Source of the DNA: the human T2T-CHM13v2.0 reference genome, Homo sapiens
Assembly (NCBI RefSeq): GCF_009914755.1
Contig: NC_060926.1
Direction: 5' to 3' (one strand)
Length of the DNA: 64,000 bases
The stretch's first letter is position 1. Each line of letters starts with the position of its first letter. The notes beneath the pieces are model-generated. The model searched no databases, was not told where the DNA came from, and saw only the letters and a program-made list of their open reading frames with translations. Positions 56,117-64,000 of this stretch are shown piece after piece. Both the position numbers and the translations under genes were made by a program.

Positions 56117-57302
56117 CACAACTTGTCTCCAGCAGCTTTGCTGGACTTGAGAAGTGAAAATACGAGGCTCTCCGATAAATTTGAATTTTATATTTTTAAA
56201 AAAGTATTTGTAGTTTATTTAAAATTCAACGTTAACTGAGTGCCCTACATATTATCTGTCAATCCTACTTCCTAGATAGTAGTTGAAAAGACTGAATACT
56301 GTATCAGAGTTAGGTAAGAAAATTAAAAATCTCATTGTCATCACGAAAACAATATTCCTTAACTCCACTTTATATTTTCTTTTCTGCCTCTGTGAAATAT
56401 TTTTTTTTCCAATCTCTGCCCTTCCCTTTTGCCTAATCTGATTAATTTGTCCTTCTGTGATTTTTCACATTGCAGGAGAGTGTTGATCTCTCGTTAGCTG
56501 ATGATAAAGGTCAGTTCCCTTGTTGGCTAATAACAACTATCTCATTTCAATAAATATAGTAAAGAATGAGAGAGTAATATGAAGCCCCTGTAGTTTTCTA
56601 TTTTAGGTTTCTACTTTTCGGAATGTTATCCCCCAGTGATTATGAGAGTGTATAATAATTTTCCCATTATCCCAGAGACTGTCTTCTCATGGATTTGGGG
56701 TGGAGAAAAAGAAATGTCAGGCTAGGAGGGAGAAGAGTATTCAAATAATCTTCCTTTCTATGTTGTTTTCAGTAAACTACCCTTTATTTGATCTGAGCTT
56801 CATATATATCAAGGATTTTGCAGGCTTGACATGTCTGTCTTTGGCAGTAATTTTCAAAGGGGATGTAAATAGAATATTCAGGATTATTTACATGAATTAC
56901 AACAAAAAGGCAAGCTATTTCAGTATGGACCTCCAAAGAGAAATTATAAGAACAAAACTCAGAGGGAGTTTTCTCCCTCTGAGTCTCTGCCACTTATTAA
57001 TATGTAAGCATATTCCAGCAATCATTTTCATTTCATTATATAAATATAATGAATATAAATATTATATTGAATATTACAATGAATACAAATATAAAATATC
57101 GCCCCTTTTCAGCAAATTGGGAATAATACCATGTAATTCATTTTTGCCTAACAAAGACAAGGAACCACAGAGAAAGATAAAGTGTCTACCAAGCTAGATC
57201 TTTTGTAAATACCACTGTACTGAATATAGCAGCTTTCCTTAAGCCTAAGAACAGATAATTCTGTTTCAGGCAAGAGATAAGCTCAATTTGCACATAGATA
57301 GC

Positions 57303-57438
57303 AAGCTGTACTTTAAAAGAACACTATCTCTTCCTGCTTAAGATGACCTTTTACAAACGAAAGTAGTTTCAAAATTAAATACACTGACATTAATATATTT
57401 TTTATCCTATCTAAAGAATACATGTGTATAAATATATT
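57303..57438 (+). repeat. 136-bp dispersed direct repeat, presumed donor copy
   Basis: Identical to 54248-54383 at offset 3055, embedded in unique AT-rich sequence with no flanking duplication. Confidence 0.95.
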
Positions 57439-58163
57439 TAAATACACAAACATCAAAATGTACAGAGAATGCAAATTAGGTAAGCAATTATTTATGTGTC
57501 AAAAGTGAATCACCAAAGGATTCACTACAGGTTTTCTTTGAATTTGACACTTAATTTTTTAATATAATTGAAAATATTTTATATCTATATATCTGTTTCC
57601 ATTGAAAAATAACTGCTTCATAGAGCAAGATTCACTCATGTTCATTTTTAAATTTTGCATAAAGGATATCAGTTATACTACTTGATATTTAGAAGATAAG
57701 GATAGGGTCCCTCCATTAACTATGATTCATGAAAACATAATTACATTAAATAGTTATTTCTTTCTCAGCAATCAGTCCTACATAAATTTTCCCAGCTACA
57801 TTTAATCTGAACACTATTAGTTGGTTTTAGTATATTGCGTAACTAGTGTTGAATTTTGCATTGTAAATAGTACATGAGAAATTAGAATAATTATATGATT
57901 AATATAAGCCATAGTGAGTGAAAACTCTACTAGTTAATGTGAAATATAATTGGATAATACTCATTCATGCTTAGATTTAGACAATACCTTAGCCATCAGT
58001 TATTCTAATATTCTTCCATATCAGGATACCTTCGCCTACAAAAAAGCTAGTCATGGGTGATCAAACTAGCCTTTCAATAATAATGCTTTGTTAACATTAT
58101 TAAAATATCAATGTTTAATGAAACAGTCCAAGTAGCATATTTGTTCAATAGTTACTGACTTAT

Positions 58164-58476
<313 letters not shown>

Positions 58477-58494
58477 TTATATACATAAACGCAT

Positions 58495-59230
58495 TATTTT
58501 TGTCAACAAATTTTGTGTGCCTTCTATGTTCCAGACACTCTTCTAGGCACTGGAAATACATTAATAAGCAAAGCAGATAAAAGCTATTAAATTCATGGAG
58601 CTTACATTCTTTTGAAGGGACATATGGAGCCAGGAAGACCTAAATGATAGTTATTCAATCAATATTAATTTTAGTTTTTTTCTGCAACTATTTATTAAGA
58701 ATCTACAATATCCTTTGATAGATACTGTAGAACATACAGAAAATTATAAAACACGGGCTACCCTCAAAGTATTTGTAAACTTATGCATAAGACAAACATA
58801 ACTATAAGATATAAAGAAGAGTAAGGTGCATAGACCAAAACGTCTTGCAACTGAAGAGAAGCAAAAGATTATTAAATTTAGAAGGGTTGGAAAAGTCTTC
58901 TTGGAAAATATCACAATGTTCCGATGGATTTTGAAAAATTAGCATGTGGGAATAAAAGTATCCCATGCTTCAGGCACAGAACAAACACAAACAGGCCAGG
59001 TCTTACATTTAAAACACTTTGAGGGAAAGAAGAAGGGCATCCTGTCAAAGACGCATCCCATTCATGGACAAGTGTGGTCCAAGACTGGACAAAGAATGGT
59101 AGGTTGAGGGATAGTTATCATGCATCTTAAATGCAATAGCAGGAGATTAGTTGTCACTCTTTAGAAAGTAGGGAGGCAATGAAGATACTCAAGAAGGATT
59201 GTGACATGTTAATCTGATTAAGAAACCATA
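58495..59230 (-). mobile_element. L2 3' fragments
   Basis: TGCCTTCTATGTTCCAGACACTCTTCTAGGCACTGGAAATACA...TCATGGAGCTTACATTCT, followed by further purine-rich reverse L2. Confidence 0.65.
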
Positions 59231-61099
59231 AATTTAAATTTAACTGGAATAATGAAAATTGCAAAGTTTAAGCCTAGTTAAGAGCTCATAACATGTTTAA
59301 GAATATATTTTGATATATTCTTGATGAGAAGAGGGCTTTCTTGTATTACTTGGCTTTTGATATTATCCAGTTTTGGTTTTATCTCTCATAGGCAGGTATG
59401 CTTTGATTGCATATCACATGAGTAGCTTCATCATATATCCAAAAATGTTTATTTTGAGTTGCTGTCAGAAAAAAAGTAAAGTGTCAGATGTGTTTGGCAT
59501 CTATGTGGATAATGATAAAATATGTACATTTTAACAATTTCTCTTTTCATATTATATTAAAAACATTACAGCATGATTTTATCAGCCACTCACTCATTAA
59601 AAATATTAGTCTTTATAAGAAATGGAGCAAAGTTGAAAATATAATTTCAAATGCCTTTAAAAGGTTATTATTCATATGTAATATTTATAAACATAATTAT
59701 GAGGCTTGGTTTTATCACCAGTAAACAATAATGATAATAACCAAATTTCAAGTTTATATGAGGATCAGATACATACTCTTCACCTATGTTATATCTCTCA
59801 TAACAACCTTGTAATTTAGCTATTTGCACTGCCATTTTACAGATGAAAAAGTCTTCTCCATCTCAACCCCAATACTCTCTCTTCTCTATCACAATTATAT
59901 TGCAGCTGTAAATCATACAAACATTGTGGGTACAGAGATGAAAATAATTATACACAGGAAAGATAATGAGAACCCAATGTTTTAAAAAATATTCAAGACT
60001 TCAATTTACAGATGTATACAACGCTGGAAACAAAAATACTCCAAATAATCTCTCACCAATTATTTCCACATTTTGAACTAAGTGTGTGAATTATTTATAT
60101 GAATCATATGAAACTATGAAACAAGAATATGCAAGTTGACAGAATGAAAAATGAACTAGCAATACAAAGTACTATCCACCTGGAATTCCTGTTCCTAACT
60201 TACTCTTAGCCTCTAGGGGAAATTTCATCTTCTAAAAATTTTACCTTTCCAGAATTTTAAGTGGATATATAGTTTCCAGGCTATTATTACAGTTCAGTTA
60301 TGTGCAAAATGCACTAATATGAGAAGCTAAATATCAGGATATGCTAAATGTTAATTCATTAAAAATACAATTTTTAATTTAAAATAATAATTTGTTCTAC
60401 TGCAACTGGTCTTCCTTAAAGAAAATATATGATTGCAATAACTTTGTACAGAAGGCCAAAAATTCCATATGGATTTCTTTGAAAATTTCTCTCATTGGTT
60501 ATGAGAGAGACTAACGATTTTTTGATTAATCACTAAGTAGATAAAATCTGCCTGAATTAGAGAAACTTCTGTAATTACCTGTTCTTTAAGCAAAAAACTG
60601 AATAAGAAGACTGCTCATCTTTAAAATGAAGTATAAATATTTCATATTTATCTACAACTTCTATTTTCAGAGACGAACTCATTTTTTAGACTTTGGCAAA
60701 AGTATTTACATGCTGCAGCTGAAGTGTTTAAAGAAAACAATGAGATTGAGATTGGAAAATACTCCATCATCATTTTGTGATGTGATAGGTGCTGTTAGTG
60801 ACTCCTTTGAATCTGGACTTCTCTGTATGTCTCATATAATAAAAAATAAAATTGGCTTTTATTTTTTTAAATTTGGAAGGTAACTAAGGGCTGAAAATTA
60901 TACTTCTTAGAAGTATAGCTAAAACCTGAAGAAAAACTTCCAAGCTCTCCTTCAAAACTGCTCAGGTATTATGGAAAGAACATTTGGATTTGAGTTTAAA
61001 GATGTGAGTGAAATCAGGATCCAAATATGCAATTGTTAACTATAAGAAGATGGCTAGATTTCTTTCTATATGTGAAAACCCCTATTAGTTAATTCCTTG

Positions 61100-61662
61100 C
61101 CCCTACAGCATGCCACTAATACTCACCATAGACACTTCTTTCTTCAAAGTAAAACTCTGTTTTTGTTCAGGTAGACAATGTGTTAAGCCCAAAAGATGTA
61201 TCATAATTGGTCTAAGAAAGTCATGACTAGCATACTCACCCTTTCCAGAAATTCTCTTTTTAGCCTCTCTTGCAGCTACGGATGAGCATGTGACCCAATT
61301 TTGATCAATGGAATATTAGCAGAAAATCGATGAAAGATTTCTAGAAATTTTTCCTTCCACATAAAAGGAGAGAGCTACCCTAGACAATTTCCTTCTGGCA
61401 TCCCTTCTTTCCTTTTTTCTACTTTGAGTAGAGAAGCTATCTAAACCTATGACAACCATCTTGCTGCCAGCGGGTGAAAAACAAGAGGACGAACACTCAC
61501 TGACAATGGCAGAGCAAGCAAACAGAATGATTGTGGGTCACCACAGAACCCCTGTGCCATCTCCACGCTGATTTCATCCAGGTATCTTGTTTTCTATGAT
61601 AACTTAATATTTTTTCTTTGCTTATGGCATGGTGAATAGGGGTTTCTGTTACATGTATCTAA
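61100..61662 (+). mobile_element. Old MaLR LTR (MLT1J/K-like)
   Basis: ATTGGTCTAAG...AGCCTCTCTTGCAGCTA...CATGTGACCCAATTTTGATCAATG...CAACCATCTTG...GGTTTCTGTTACATG. Confidence 0.7.
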
Positions 61663-62093
61663 TATTTGGGTTTCTTAGTTCAGAGGAAGTACCTAGTGAA
61701 TTGGTTGTAATTTAATAAATTCTTATAAATTGTTTGTTTAAAAATATGTACTTTCTGCCAGGTAACTAAGCCTACATTTTAAAAAAATTGCTAGTTTTTG
61801 GATTTTTTTTGGCATATTAGTATTTTCATTTGTATTATGTACAGTGGTTATTTGTTGATGTGACTACTTCATGATAATTCCTCAAGAACATTTCTGAACA
61901 TTGCCCTCAAGGTCCATAACTTTGTGGAAAAATAGCTCATAAGGAAATTGCTTTTTAAAATTAATAGATATGGTAGAAACAAATACAAGAAGTCCAATGC
62001 TTTCTAGGTACAGCAGTGGGAACAACATAGGAGTGGATTAAAAGTATTGCGATCTGATCCATTCGAGAGTTGGGGTAAATTTGTAAGGAGATT

Positions 62094-62117
62094 TGTGTGT
62101 GTGTGTGTGTGTGTGTT
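62094..62117. repeat. (TG)n microsatellite
   Basis: Directly visible. Confidence 0.9.
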
Positions 62118-63355
62118 TGTATGGGACTCTTACTACATATTATATAGGTTTTAATGGTAGGAAAATAATAGTTCAGTGAAAAAAACTCTGTGTATCCAGA
62201 GTTCTGTTTATATGAGATGGTAAAATCTGATTAAGTTTTCCACTAAAATAGATATTAACAACAATTTCTAATCTGAGTAATTCTATTTTCAGTTTTCCTT
62301 GTGAATTTCTGGATTTAAATTATTTTTCTGCAAAATCACCATCATAAGTTTTCCACGTTTTTCTTCAAAATATGTGTAACAAAATAAAGATCCTGAAATA
62401 TACCATCTACAGCCTAAGAACACCAAAATCACATAGAAGAGTAAAGCCCAGGTACATAGACCCTGCGTGATCTCCCATCTACAAATCCATGCTCCACTTT
62501 TTTCAGTACCTCCAAAGTCTCCTGTCTGGTACTTTCACATTCTATAAGGCATAATTCAATTTTTTTCATCACCCAAAGTGACGATTGCTTTGAAGTCTTT
62601 CTCCATCTTGTCATCATGTCTACATTTTTCTACAGTAATTAAAACTAACATTGTGTAGAATTATATTATCCATTTTAACTTTCCTAGCGAACTATGAGTT
62701 TCCTGAGAACAAGGCCAATTTTTCCTTCTCGCCTTCCCCCAATTCCTAGTTCGCTGTTTTTTATGTTCCTTGAGGGCAGCATCACTTTTACTGACCACAA
62801 AATGTGTGAAATAATGTTTTATATAAGCTATCACAAAAAATTAACCTTTATCTTACTTTGATTTAACACTTGGGGTGCAAGGAATGGAGAGTTAGCTCCT
62901 TTCTATTTTAAGATCACCACGTTCTCTTCAAAAGGCAAAGGGAATAAACGTGATAGGCAAGATAAAATACAGTAGTGAAAATGTCCCCCTCTCCTTATAG
63001 TCCACATCACATATCCATTGAATGTGTGACCTAGTACTAGAAAACCAGAAAGGCAAGGCAGTGGACACAGAAGAAGCCATCAGAGGGAGTAAACCGGATT
63101 TCCAAGAAAGTGTGCATGTGCGTGGGTTTTAGATGCACAGAGGTGTGTGTAAAAGAGTAAACCTGTGTGACAGCTGCATTAAAGATAAAGATCTTGAGGA
63201 GTTTAGCAAAAGAAAAAAAGATAAGGTTATAGAGCAGTCATAGATGCAAGTGATCAATTTCTACTTAGAGTGTGGGAAGAATTTAAAAGTGGCTTTCAAG
63301 AAGATATGGTGCAGGCAATACACTTCTCCTTTTATAATTTTTCAAGAGACTTAGC

Positions 63356-63710
63356 TGTCTTAGTTTATTTGAACTGCTATAACAAAAATGCCATAAAATG
63401 GGTGGCTTATAAGCAACAGAAACTTATTTCTCACAACCTAGAGGCTGGGAATTCCAAGATCAAGGTGCCAGCAGATGTTGTCTGCTGAGAGACATCTTCC
63501 AATTCATAGATGTCATCTTCTATGTCCTCACATGTTGGAAAGGGTCATTTAGCTTTCTGTGTCCCTTTTATAAGGGCACTAATCTCATTCATGACAGCTC
63601 CACTGCCATGACTTAATCACCTGCCAAAGGCCCACCTTTTAACACTATCATATAGGAGACTAGATTTAAATGTATGGATTCTGGGTATCACAAATATTCA
63701 GGTTATAGCA
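63356..63710 (-). mobile_element. MLT1A-like MaLR solo LTR
   Basis: TGTCTTAGT...CTGCTATAACAAAA...GAGGCTGGGAATTCCAAGATCAAGGTGCCAGCAGAT...TTATAAGGGCACTAATC...ATTCAGGTTATAGCA. Confidence 0.88.
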
Positions 63711-64000
63711 CTGAGGTAATGATTTAAATTCCTTTTCAATAACTTTTGGCTGTAAGGCTGGTGTTTTTTTGATTATGACTTAATGTGTGAAGCTGGCTTT
63801 AATGTTCAACCCAGCTTTATTTGGAATCCACAAAGATAAAGTATAAGACGGTAATGGATTATGCAAGGTCAGCATTTTGAGGGGCCACTTGGCCTCATGC
63901 AGTTGTAAAATACTTCAACTGATGTATAGCTATAGCGAAGGGTTCTTGTTACAAATTTGTTAAGTGACAGCACTGCTTGCAAAAAGAATCAGTTCTATAA

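Noticed and set aside
56700-57197. Longest ORF (165 aa)
   Set aside because: GTG start, AT-driven I/Y/K/F composition and a low-complexity internal repeat, with no recognisable protein family.

Overview
This is AT-rich, CpG-depleted primate genomic DNA, almost certainly human, because it carries an L1HS-Ta fragment and an AluY. It looks intronic or intergenic. I find no credible protein-coding exon, tRNA, rRNA or CRISPR array. The listed ORFs are chance frames or translations of Alu, L1 or MaLR sequence. The window is a mosaic of interspersed repeats: Alus, MaLR LTRs including one LTR-internal-LTR provirus, hAT MITEs, and old L2, MIR and L1M fragments. Several repeat-poor stretches could be regulatory. 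I do not see a new biological system. The most notable signals are: (i) an identical 136-bp block at 57303-57438 and 54248-54383, where the second copy interrupts an L2 and is flanked by a 10-bp duplication with no poly(A), i.e. a recent templated insertion; (ii) an older 230-bp local dispersed duplication; (iii) a very short L1HS-Ta insertion with an 18-bp TSD; (iv) two divergently oriented CTCF-like motifs; (v) a MaLR provirus whose two LTRs differ in one block. Repeat subfamily names come from recalled consensus features, not from a database search, and boundaries of old repeats are approximate.
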